A stretch of DNA of 51,539 nt, filler included, from Basidioascus undulatus (taxonomy: Eukaryota): the NCBI GenBank assembly GCA_000826855.1. It is 3 parts of 3 records of this genome, joined end to end, with 100 filler letters (N's around TTAATTAATTAA, not from the genome) between each part and the next. Parts side by side here need not be neighbours in the genome. Positions count along the whole stretch, not along the records: positions 1 to 14,721 come from JTLS01000702.1; positions 14,822 to 36,786 come from JTLS01000703.1; 1 more part is not named here. One strand, 5' to 3'. The notes below the pieces were generated by a model, which had not been told where the DNA came from, made no database searches, and worked only from the letters and a program-made list of their open reading frames with translations. Position 1 is the stretch's first letter. Each line of letters opens with the position of its first letter. Shown here piece after piece: positions 11,987-23,202 of this stretch. A program made the translations under genes and the position numbers.

Positions 11987-14230
11987 ATGGCGACCTCGAA
12001 CGGTCTCAACGGGCACGCCGACTCTGCGCAGCCGACGGACCTGCACTCGCCCCCGCCCCGCAGCGTGCCCGAGTCCTCCGCCTCCAGCTTGTGCACTGCC
12101 CAGCCACAGCCCAAGCGATACGCTGTGCACAGTGCGTGAAATGCGTGAAACAGACTGCTCTATATCAAAACGCACGATAGCTAAAATACTCCCCTATGAA
12201 CTCCCAGTCGAGGTCCGCCTCAACGCGCGCAGCACCGCCCGCTTCGACACCATCCGCCGCGTCGTGGGCACCTACATCCGCGAGAACTTTACGTCCCTCC
12301 CCTGCCCGGGCGACATCGGCGGGTTCGATGACGTCCCTCTCCTCTCTGACAACGTCGACCTCATCCGCGTTACCGAATCCAGTTGCGTCTCTTCCTGCTC
12401 CCTCCCCTCCCTTCTGCGCGTGCTCATCTGGGCGGTGGTGGTCCGAAGCTCTCAACCAGCCGTACCTCCCCCTCCCGCTCCTCGCGCCCCAAATACACGT
12501 CTACCAAACCGCCCACTCGGACTTCCATACCTCACTGGGTGGCCTCGGAGATGACGACGAGGGCGAGGACGGCGCGGGGAACGTCCAGGCTGCGAGCGTG
12601 CTCGAGCTCCCAAGCAGCGGGCTGGAGGGGCTGTGGGACAGCTTGGTCTATGAGGAGGGGATCAAGGGGAAGCTGCTGGACTATATTTATACCACTCTGC
12701 TGTTTTCCGACGGTGCGCTGCTCCTTTTCTCCTCTGGGTGTTGCGGTCCCTGAAGGAAGGGCTAGGACAGCCGACGTCGACTTCAACATCATCTCCTGGA
12801 ATCGGTGGGCTTCGTCTATACCACAACCTTCTCCTCAAACTTAGAGCTGACCTTTCACCCTATCCCCTTCTCCCCCACCAAAGCGTCGTCCTTCTCCACG
12901 GCCCGCCCGGAACAGGCAAGACCTCCCTTGCGCGCGCGCTCGCGCAAAAGCTTTCCGTCCGCCTCTCAGATCGGTGTGTCCCTGACATCTCCCTTCTTCC
13001 CCCTTGCCCCACCCCTCTTCTCTTCCTCTGCTTTCTCTCCCGACGCCCTTCTCACCCCTTCAAACCACCTGACGTGTGTTCGACGCCGGCGGAGGGCAGG
13101 TACACGCACGGCAAGCTGATCGAGATCAACTCGCACTCGCTCTTCTCCAAGTGGTTCTCGGAGTCGGGTAAGCTCGTACAGCGCCTGTTCGGGATGGTCA
13201 ACGAGTGTGTGGACGACGAGGGCGCGTTCGTGGTCGTGCTTATCGGTACGCTCTCTCTTCTCCCTCCCTCGCTCCTTCCTCTAGCGCCTTCATCCTCTTC
13301 TAGATTGTTCATGGGAATGTTGGTGCGAAAACAGATGAAGTCGAGTCCTTGACATCTGCGCGGAAAGCGGCGATGTCGGGCTCGGAGCCATCAGATGCAA
13401 TCAGGGTGCGTTGTCCTGTCTATCATCTCACAGTTCCCTCCCTCAGAAGCAGCCCTGACGACGCGGCGCCGCATCATGCAGGTGGTCAACGCCCTCCTGA
13501 CGCAGCTCGACAAGCTCAAGCACCGCAAAAACGTCCTCGTCATCACCACATCCAACATCACGGGCGCGATCGGTGCGCTTGCCTCCCTCTCCCTCTTTCT
13601 CTTCCTTCTTTCCTTGTCCTCCCGGCCCGGCTGAGATGATATGTGGTGGTGGGTAAACAGATGACGCCTTCATCGACCGCGCGGACATCAAGCAGTACAT
13701 CGGCCTCCCGCCCCAGCGCGCTGTATACTGGATTTTGGCGTCCTGCTTGCGCGAGCTGAGACGCGCTCGGATCGTTTCGGGCGCTGTGCGTGTCCTTTAT
13801 CCTTTTCCTTCCTTCCCGCGGAGATCAGATTCTGAATACGAGCAACCACGGACGTGAGCGCAGGACGTCCTCGACTGGCCGCACGTCGAACTCCTCCAAG
13901 CAGCGGGCGGCGCACCGCCCGCAGACCCAGACGGGTCGAAGCGCCTCTCGCTGCGTCTCCATTGGCTCGCGGGGAAATGTCAAGTACGTTCCATTCCCCC
14001 ATTCCCCTCGTCTTCCCTCCTCGCCTCTTCGGTAACTTGGTTGACGACGATGGCGTACGCAGGGCATGTCAGGCCGCACGCTTCGCCGCCTGCCCGTCCT
14101 CGCGCACGCGCGGTACATCGGTCTCGACGTCGACGGCGCGGGGGCGGACGCGGAGATGTGGGTAGAGGCGATGGGACGGTGTCTGGCGGATGAGGAGGTG
14201 CAGAGGGAGTTTGTGGAGAGGGGCGGCTGA
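11987..14230 (+). CDS. PCH2: Pachytene checkpoint AAA+ ATPase Pch2/TRIP13
   Basis: 'LEGLWDSLVYE', '[30 protein letters not shown]', 'LIEINSHSLFSKWFSESGKLV', Walker B LIDEVESL (spliced), 'DAIRVVNALLTQLDKLK', 'DAFIDRADIKQYIG', 'GMSGRTLRRLPVLAHA'. Stop at 14228-14230. Confidence 0.95.
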
Positions 14231-14721
14231 GGCGGGGGGCTGCATCGCATGGCATGGCGTTTTCGTGTCACGCCTTCTGGGACTAGGCTAGAGCGGGGAT
14301 GTCGGACGTGTGCGCTCTGCATTGGAAGCCGACGTTGACATCGTGTGCACTAAGTAAATCGCTGAGGATGCCGGTGAGCCACGCGAGACAGATCTGCATT
14401 CCCAGAGCGTTTATTCTGTACCGTGCCAGTCTTAGTTTCGCAAAGAATCGTTAGGAATAGGTGTTAGTCTTTGCAAGTCTCCTGAAGTTATTAAGAGACG
14501 AGAAGGCTTGGAGAAAGAAGAGCACGCTGGAGAACTCGCTTCAACTCGCGCGAGTTGGTCTGCACCGCACGCTCATCATCTCCGCTCCTCGCTCGCCCCT
14601 CTCCTCGAGCTCAAGGTCGCCCAGCGCTTCCCTTCGCTCACAAAATTATTCCAATAGACTGACATTCACTGCGACACCCCATCCCCACCCCCTACTACCC
14701 CCCCCCCCGCACTACTCCCCC

Positions 14722-14821
14722 NNNNNNNNNNNNNNNNNNNNNNNNNNNNNNNNNNNNNNNNNNNNTTAATTAATTAANNNNNNNNNNNNNNNNNNNNNNN
14801 NNNNNNNNNNNNNNNNNNNNN
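14722..14821. other. Assembly gap with artificial six-frame stop linker
   Basis: N44-TTAATTAATTAA-N44, identical in design to the second gap. Confidence 0.97.
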
Positions 14822-14920
14822 GGCGCGCGCATCGCGCAGGCCAAGCGCGCAGCGCGGAATGCTGTGCTGGGCGCGGCGGGGGGGCTGGCGGTTTGGGGAG
14901 CGGTGAGGCGGTTTTCCTGA
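14822..14920 (+). CDS. 3' end of a gene lost in the gap, with a tail-anchor-like C-terminus
   Basis: Reads ARIAQAKRAARNAVLGAAGGLAVWGAVRRFS* (hydrophobic stretch then basic tail), with the GC-rich codon style of neighbouring genes. Confidence 0.4.
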   Translation, partial: GARIAQAKRAARNAVLGAAGGLAVWGAVRRFS

Positions 14921-15949
14921 CGGAGTAGTGCTGCTTGGAGGAATGGGGAAAGAGATGGACAATTTATTACAGCTACGTCCTGTTATAACAGTAGTGCTCC
15001 GCTGCTGGGCGTTGGAATGGAAGGGTGCAAGACCGCATGCGGGCGGTGCAGCACGGCTAGCACGGTACAGTCGCTTCAGGAAGCTCTCGCTCCGGCTGCG
15101 GTGGGAACCCGCCCACAGGTCGCCCGATTCAGAAGCGTTGCATATTATCCCGGATCGGGGTGGGGCGACATCGCCAGAGCTCTACCGTTTCGGGGGAACA
15201 GTCGGCGAGGCAGCCGGCAGCGACGGAGGAGTGTCCAAGGGGCGGGAAGGCATGGGGCCGGCAGCGGCAGCGGAAACAAATGCTCGGTCACTGCGCGTAA
15301 TGGCTTGTTGTATGCGTCCGCTAGACGACACAATAGAGATTTGGGAATCTGGCCTTGCAGACACTGCCAGTGCGCTGTGCCAAAGACCGCCATCCACCGT
15401 CCCAGAACGTGACAGCCAGCTGGATGCGACGAAGAGGCGCTACGGACGATTTTTCAGTCATTAACGTCCGACTCGGACTTCCAAAGGGACCCGAGTAAGT
15501 CCTTCTTATGTTATGTATTCAGCTGCACGATGAACATGCAATGAGGATCGCTGTCGATCGTGGCATGGTGACTGTGGCCTTTCGCGTCCGATGCCAACAC
15601 GCAAGCTACCTGTCCCGACTCCAAACATCAGAACCTCAAACAGCTTCTTCAGCTGAGTAAAAATTTTACAGGATATCTTTGGTGGAGACTGCGCTGAATT
15701 CTTCATTTTTTTCGACACTTGCGAGTGGCTTACGGAGTCACCCGCGGATCCGTCAAGGATGCCCCACAGGATGCCCCACACTCGCAGCGTCGCTCAGCTC
15801 GCTTCGGTCGCTCGCTCGCAACGGTCTTCATCCGCCTCGACGTCCCTCTTCCCACAAAACTGACCTCGTTACCGCTTCCTTCATCTACTGACCACATTCG
15901 TCCTTGTTCACTCACCTTCGACTCGTTTACGAGTCCCCATCGATCGAAG

Positions 15950-18900
15950 CTGTCTCTCATTCGTTCATTTCGAGTCGCGGCGCGCGTCGCCGCCGTGCCC
16001 TCGTTCGGCTTGCGCGGCTACGCTAAGGCCAAGGGCCCGGCGTTCTATGCGGTGGTAAATGGAAGAGAAGGTTCTAAAATATATAGAACATGGTAAAGCT
16101 GTCCGTTGTTGTGATTGAAAATGAACGTGATCCGCTCACGCTGTACGGAACTTACAGGGACGAAGCAAAACCGAATGCAAGCTGAATCTTTCGAAAGATC
16201 ATATCGGGAGACTAACGATAGTCGTATACTCGACATTCAGATCATACACTTCCGTTCGACGAAACACCGCAAGTTCCCCACGTTCGAGGAAGCGCAGGCT
16301 TTCATCAAACGCGGTGAGCTTTCTCGAGGCCAGCGCGACAGCCCACCCGACACTTGGGTTGTACCAAGGCTCATTTGCTTGGCGGATATTCAGGAGGAGT
16401 GCGCACGCCCGAGGAAGAAGCGGCGACGGACACTAAGATTGCCAAAAAGGAGCCCCGCATGGCCGCGAACTTCAGGTCGCCGCCCGCTGCCGTCCAGGTG
16501 AACTCCTCGCCCCGATCAGCCCTTGAAGCCTCGCCATGGGTATGGTCCATTAACCGAGCGGCGTCCGCCGAGAAAGCATCTCCGCACATTCCCTCTCCTC
16601 CCAATGTCGTATCCCCCCATCAATCTCACGCCCCTCGCAGCTCCTCCCCTGCTTGCACCGCTTTCCCCGCTCGCGCTCCTGCTCCTGCTCGCACTCCTAA
16701 ACCTGCAAAATCTCTGCCGCCATTCGAAATCGTGCGTACCGGTACCATCCATCGCATATCACTACTTTTGATTAACCCTGCGCTACAGCCGGAGCTATCT
16801 AAGGAACAGCAGCGCGTGCTCGACAGCATTATGGAAACCGGCGAGAGCACCTTCTTCACCGGATCCGCGGGTGCGTTTGAGGAACAATGTGAAAAAACGA
16901 GCGCTCATCTCGAATCCGTCTAGGTACCGGCAAATCTGTTCTTCTTCGGGCGATCATCAACGAGCTGCGAGCGAACTACGGCCACGATGCCGTTGCGGTC
17001 ACAGCAACGACCGGAGTTGCTGGGCAACAGGTGCGTGCTCCCCCTGGCATCCAGAAGCAGGCCGCATAGCTGACTCTTACGAACAGCTACGAGGAAGCAC
17101 TGTCCATACTTTCGCAGGTAGACTGCTTGACTTCCCACGACGCTGAGTCTGCGCTGATGAGGTCCGCTTCAAAGGCATCGGGCTGGGCAAGGGCTTCGCA
17201 CGTGAACTTTACAGGGCCGTACGTGATAACAAGAAAGCGGCGGCCAACTGGCGAAGAATCAGAGCGCTAGTCATCGACGAGAGTGAGCTACAATTTCATA
17301 GCAAACATTGCGCGCAGTTGCTCAGCTTTACTACTCCCTCACAGTTTCTATGTTGAATGCGGAAACGTTTGACAAGCTCGAGTACGTCGCACGAAAGATC
17401 AGGAAGAAGGACGCTCCCTTCGGCGGTATGTCTTGCGATCTTTTCACCATTTGGATAATCCTCTCACGCGGCTCAGAGCAGGTCTACAGCTCATCCTCGC
17501 CGGTGACTGGCTGCAATTGCCTCCAGTTATGCGGGGCATCGAGCCCGCCAGGGTGTTCGCGTTCGAGGCGGTAAGCTGGCACGAAGTGGTCAAGCACGAG
17601 TATCGTCTAGAGCAGGTCCATCGCCAGGCTGATCCGAGTGCGCACCTCTCATACTCTCACCCCGCCAGCGCTCTGCTGACTACCATCATTTAGACTTTGT
17701 CCGAATTTTGAACGAGACGCGGTTAGGCGAGCTTAGCCAAGAAGCGATCGAGGTGTTCCACTCGTTGGAGCGTCCGGTCAGCGATTCAAGCGATGGCACG
17801 CCTGTCGTCGAGCTGTACGTAAATCTTCCGCAGTCGTAGTAGATGTCATTTACGCTTACACCGCCCACGCTGCTCGCAGGTATCCGTTGCGAGTCGAGGT
17901 TGCCGCTTCCAACCGTGCCCGCTTGAATGTAAGCTCGCGTCGGCTCATAGCTGAGCTTTACTCTGACTGTTTTCAGGCTCTTCCCGGAGAGCCACGTACA
18001 TTCGAGGCGCAGGATATTGTCTACGCGTGGGGGTGGGATTCGAGCGCCGCAACAAGACGCTTGGACAGCGAGACGGTCGTGCCTCGTTCGTTGTCGCTCA
18101 AAGTCGGGGCGTCTGTGATGTTGGTCAAGGTGCCCACTCTTCCGCTTGATTGCGTGCAATAGAAAATCTTATACCGGCGCCGCAGAATTCGCCAATCGAC
18201 AAGCTCGTCAACGGCTCGCTGGGAGTCGTGACCTCTTTCGTCAAGTTCGATGCGCTGCGCGGACCAACGGACGCGGAGACAGGCAGGCCGGTTCAGGTCT
18301 TCAGCTCCATAGGTCCAGGTCGCGGAATCCGGACAATGTTCGGCCAGACGCCCCCGAGCGATGGGATTTTTCCTATTGTGCGGTTTTCGCACGGAAAGGA
18401 GATGGTCATTCTGCCGTCGGACTTCATCTGTACGGACGCGCTGGGAAACGAGCTCGCTGCGCGGATGCAGGTGTGTATGAGGTGCTTTGTCCGTCCTGCC
18501 TTTTAACGTGCTGACACAGTCTATCACGCAGGTTCCGCTTGTTTTGGCGTGGGCTTGGGTTGGTAGACCGGCAGTCTGCTCATGGCAGAAACGCATACTG
18601 ACAGCGCAGACGCTCTTTTGTTGCAGTCCATACACAAAAGCCAAGGACAAACGATCGAGCGCTGCAGAATCAACTTGACCAATGCATTCGAGCGGGCGCA
18701 GGGGTACGTCGCTCTCTCGCGCGCGACGGCGCTCGATACTTTACAAGTGACCGGCTTTCACCCCTCGTATGTCATTCCACATCTATACTCTTTATGAATC
18801 ACCAGCGCTTACCAAGTGTCGTAGTAAAATCTCGGCCCATCCTCGCGCGCTCGCTTACTTCACTACGGAACGGCCGACGGAGGAAGAGATCGCTGGGTCC

Positions 18901-19020
18901 GCCTTGGCGCGTCGCCGGAGGGAGAAGGAAGAGGATATGGCTGCTCTGCGCGCATCTATAGAGGATGATGAGAGGGTGATGGCGGCTCGGGTCCGAAGAA
19001 AGGACGCTTGGGTCGATTGA
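15950..19020 (+). CDS. PIF1: Pif1-family 5'-3' DNA helicase with an N-terminal RNase H1-type hybrid-binding (Cauli_VI-like) domain; start codon uncertain
   Basis: Spliced motifs: FFTGSAGTGKS, AVTATTGVA, TVHTFAGIGLG, LVIDE.SML, PFGGLQLILAGDWLQLPPV, VHRQAD, LKVGASVMLVKN, LVNGSLGVV, QVPLVLAWAWSIHKSQGQT, YVALSRA. The N-terminus has FYAVVNGREGSKIYRTWDEAKPNIIHFRSTKHRKFPTFEEAQAFI. Confidence 0.93.
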
Positions 19021-19397
19021 GGTTATCGCTTGGCGTAGACGTACAGACGTTTGCAAGTCCATCGTGCAGCGCGGGTGTGCTTGTTTTGCCAGTCCCGCTG
19101 GACCATTTCGATGAAGAGTACTGCTACATATCAGCGCTCTCCTTTATCTTCAAGAAATGCAAGGTTGTGCGGTGGTCGGCAAACTCAAGTGATGTTTCAG
19201 AGCTTCGAAACAAAGTCTGCACACGACTATCGTCTCAAAAAGCGACTGCGATTCAGATCAATACCTTTCAACCGGGACCAACAAACCAATTTATTCCGGT
19301 TGTGAACTAGGATGGGCGAAGCATGGTGAATGCAGAAGAAGCCTCTCGTAAGACAGTGGACGGCACCGGCCTGCAGCCTATAGTCGGGCGACGACCC

Positions 19398-21144
19398 TCA
19401 CGCGTATGTTGCACTGAGACGCTGAACCTGTGCACCATCTGGTAAATTGCTTTATCCTGGAGGTCTCAAGCTCTCCATCAATCTAACACGTACAATGTAG
19501 TCCTCCGTCTTAACCGCAGGGTACTTCGGCGTGCCGGTGTTTGGCATCGCGGAGACGACGGTGTCTGAAATAGAAAAGAACTTCAGACTCGAAGGACAAC
19601 ACGTAGTGAGACTGCGGTACTGACCCATGTTGGGGTTCGAAAAGAACGCAATCGACTGCCTCGCGGGTGTCAGGGGGGCGGTGCCGGTGGGAGGCTGCAC
19701 GACGCGGTGCACCGTCGACCGGATCACGTCGTTGGACCTGTGCAACGCTTCTCAGATTCAATAAGAAAAGGAAGGCACCGAAGCCTAGGGATCACCAGCG
19801 AGAGAGGAGGTCCCCTGCGTTGATCACGATGGTGCCAGGGACCGGTGTAGCCGGGACCCAAGCGCCAGTCGTGGGGTGCACGACTGAAAAGAAGAGCGAA
19901 AGGATGAGCACGCAGTGGGCGTAACGCGGACACAAGGAAAGGGTACCTTCCAGTCCACCAACTGAATGCTGGAACAGTAGAGTGACCTGGTTTGAATAAG
20001 GAACGTCAGACTTTTGTCTGTACTCGGAAGATAGCGCAGTTTAGTCACAGTGCCTGTGCGATCAAAACCGGTCAGATCCTGCATTGTTTCGTAACTCGCG
20101 GAAGTGGCACTGGGGCTCACCATAGTCAGAATGCGATCCAGCGCGGCTTTGTCCGCCTTCGAGCAGACGACGGTCGATAGGAGGGTAGTAGAGAAGGCGA
20201 AGGTTGTGGTCGCCGATGTTGCACCGTTCGTCGAAGTACGCTAAAAACGCGGTACCCGCCCGGTAAGTGCTTACTCTTGGGGGGGCTCGGAAAGCTTCGT
20301 ACCGGGATCGAATTCCAGACCGGTGGCGATCGAGCGAAGGAGCTGGAGCTGGAAGGTATGGCATGTCTGAAAGAAGGCATTCATGGCTGCACAGTTCGTC
20401 AGCCGTCGGACGGCAAATACTCCGCGGGTCAGGCGAAACACACTGTTCTTAAAGTCTGGGCACTCCTCCTCTTTCGGCCACATGTTCTTCCAAGTGGGAG
20501 CGTCATCCCGACCGATCTCCCTGTTCACAAAAAAAATAAACTGATGAGAAAAATCGCCCACGCAGTGGAAAGCAGTCAGCAGCCTCACATGCTCTCCTTC
20601 GCGTCCGGACTACTCGCACGTAACGCCATAACCTCCTCCTTCGAGTAGATCTGACTGACCTGTAAGCAGTAGAAGTCTGTTCAAGCATCGGATAGCAACG
20701 CTCGATAACGATTAAGTACCTTCTCCCGCCCGGTCGCGACGTATCCCCTGTTACTCTCAGGCCGCTCCCACTGCAGCCCGTCCTTCACCTCCAGCGGGAG
20801 AGAGAAGAATTTTGCGCTCTGCAAGATGCATTACCGGTCTCAGCTAGAGACATTCACTAGGCGTCGGGCTTTTGTGTGCGGCTCACCTGCGCAAAAGCAT
20901 TCGAGATCGCTTCAGGCGGGATGCCATGGTCGGCGAGGTAGATAAACCCGACGCCCTTGAAGCCCTCGACCACCTGGCGAGACACTTCCTTCTTGTCCGC
21001 CTCGTTCCCTTGGAGGAATCCCTTGAAGGAGATGATGGGGAGCAGGTCGTTGACGGCACCCGACGGAGTCGTCAAACCGCGGCGAGTGAACTGCATGCGA
21101 GTCGCCTGGCTTGCCTGGCGAGCACTGCGACGAAGTGTGAACAT
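19398..21144 (-). CDS. 2-oxoglutarate/Fe(II)-dependent dioxygenase (DIOX_N + 2OG-FeII_Oxy; IPNS/thymine-dioxygenase-like) with a presequence-like N-terminus
   Basis: LPIISF...GVGFIYLADHGIP, LRLLYYP, RAGSHSDYGTVTLLFQ (HxD), GGLEV, PVPGTIVINAGDLLSRWSND, STVHRVV (distal His), RQSIAFF (RxS). Last exon VQRLSATYA*. Confidence 0.9.
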
Positions 21145-21438
21145 GATCGTGAGGTGAATGTCTTCGAAGAAAACGGTACAAGATCAAGGGGATTAAAAGC
21201 ACCAAAGCTCAAGTCCATCGTCAGCGTTGCGCGAACACATTCACATCCGTTATCGTTATCAAACTGAGATAGGCAGTCGTTTCAAGCTCGGGACGATCGG
21301 TACGCGTATGTCCGCGCTCGCCTAAGTCCGCCCGCACCGCCGTCGCCAGCTTGTCCACGCCTGTTCACCCTCATCCTGCAACCACCATCTTTACCTTAGT
21401 TATCAAACCTTCCAACTCGAAGAACCTCCAGAACTTTC

Positions 21439-23109
21439 ATGTCGTCCCCGGAAGCGCAGATCGCTTACCTCCGCTCGCTGCCGGCTGTGCGCGAGCGTTG
21501 CAGCCAGGTCCATGCTCTGGGCGTGGAGGGAAAGCTGCCGTACTTCGGTGCGAATCATAGCTTGTCTCTGGTACAGGGAAAGGAACTGAACCTTGACACA
21601 AAGAGCTCGACCTTAGCAAGGAGCCTGATGTCGTGGACTTCTGCGCGGGGCTCATGATCGTACGTCCGAACAAACTGGCTTGTCCGAGGTTCCAATGCTG
21701 AATGAAAGACTTCAGCGCGACTTCCCTTCCTCGACGTCCAGCTCTCTCCCGGACGTTTCCGCTATCCCTCCCCACTCGCGCTGGCGGCACTTCGACGTCG
21801 ACACGGTCCCGCGCGTCCAGGCCCTCCTCGACTCGTTCGGTCCATCGACGACGCCGACCGAGCGCGCTAAGCGCCTTCTCGACCTGTTCGTCGTCTCCGT
21901 CCTCCTGGACGCGGGCGCTGGGGCGAGCTGGGCGTACACGGAGCCTGGAACTGGGAAGAAGTACGGGCGCAGCGAGGGTCTCGCCGTGGCCAGCTTGGAG
22001 ATGTTCAAGGGGGGCCTATTCTCGGGTGTGGAGGGGCAGCCGTTCCAAGTCGACGGTAAGCCGACCTTCGCTGTTCATCTTTTCCCAAGGCTTTACCCAA
22101 AACATCCCCGCCCGATCAGCTTCTGGTCTTGCAAAGCTAACGCCCAAGGCTGTCGAGGAGGGCCTTCAAGTGTCCGAGTCCAACCCGATGACCGGCATCG
22201 AGGGCCGCACGCAGCTGCTCATTAACCTCTCAGCCGCTCTTCGCGCTTCGCCTGAATATTTCTGCACCGGAGACAACGCTCGCCCCGGCAACCTCATCGG
22301 TACGTTGAGAGACCGATGCATGCAATCGCTTGACTCATCCGTTCTCCTCTCTGGCAGACTACCTTTCGTCCCACCCGTCCTCGTCTCTCCCCCGCGTCCA
22401 GCTTTCCACCCTCTGGCATGCGCTCTTGACCGGCCTCAACCCCATCTGGCCCGCCTCGCGCACCGCCCTTCACGGCGAGTCGCTCGGCGACGTCTGGCCG
22501 TGTTCCGCGCTAGGCAAGGAAGGCGCCGAGGGCCTCGTGCCGTTCCACAAGCTCAGTCAGTGGATGACGTACTCGCTGCTCGAGCCGCTGCAGAAGATCC
22601 TTGGGTGGGAGATCGAGGGAGTGCAGGACATGACTGGGCTTCCGGAGTACAGGAACGGTGCGTGCTCTCTCGTAGCCGGGGAGCGTCCGAGTTACTCAGT
22701 TGACGAGGTTTCCTGTCCTTTCAGGTGGTCTGCTCCTCGACTTTGGCGTCCTCAAGATCAAGCGCGAAGCGCTCGGCCCTTCGGCCTACCCGTCTTCCGG
22801 CTCGGACATCCCCGAGCTCGAGCCATCGCACCCTGCCGTTGTCGAATGGCGTGCCCTGACGGTCATCTCGCTGTGCGCCTTTGACCTTCTGATCTCTCGT
22901 CATTCTCTACCAAAACTAAAAGGATATTTCGCAACAGTGACCGTATCGCAGCCGGGATTAGGAAGAAGTTCGGTCTGAGCGACGCGGAACTCGCGCTGGC
23001 GCAGGTGCTCGAGAGCGCAACGTGGAAGGGTGGTCGTGAGATTGCTCGGAAGCGCCGTGAGGGAGGGGTGCCCCCGATCTCGATCATCTCGGACGGGACG
23101 GTTTTCTAA
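21439..23109 (+). CDS. URC4: URC4/Urg3 family protein (DUF1688), uracil catabolism
   Basis: YLRSLPAVRERC, IPPHSRWRHFD, DLFVVSVLLDAGAG, GRSEGLAVASL, VPFHKLSQWMTYSL, TGLPEYRNGGLL, VVEWRALTV, LAQVLESATWKGGRE, ISDGTVF*. Confidence 0.92.
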
Positions 23110-23202
23110 GATGTTGTTCAAATTGATACTTGTGTCGCGCGACGTTCGCTGCTAGGCTGAAATCGGCCACGTCTGGAGCGTGCAAGCTTGCCAAGGCAAC
23201 CA

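Noticed and set aside
14766..14777. TTAATTAATTAA palindrome (also 36831-36842) as a piggyBac TTAA site or regulatory element
   Set aside because: It is centred in identical N44 flanks and gives stops in all six frames, so it is an assembly spacer.
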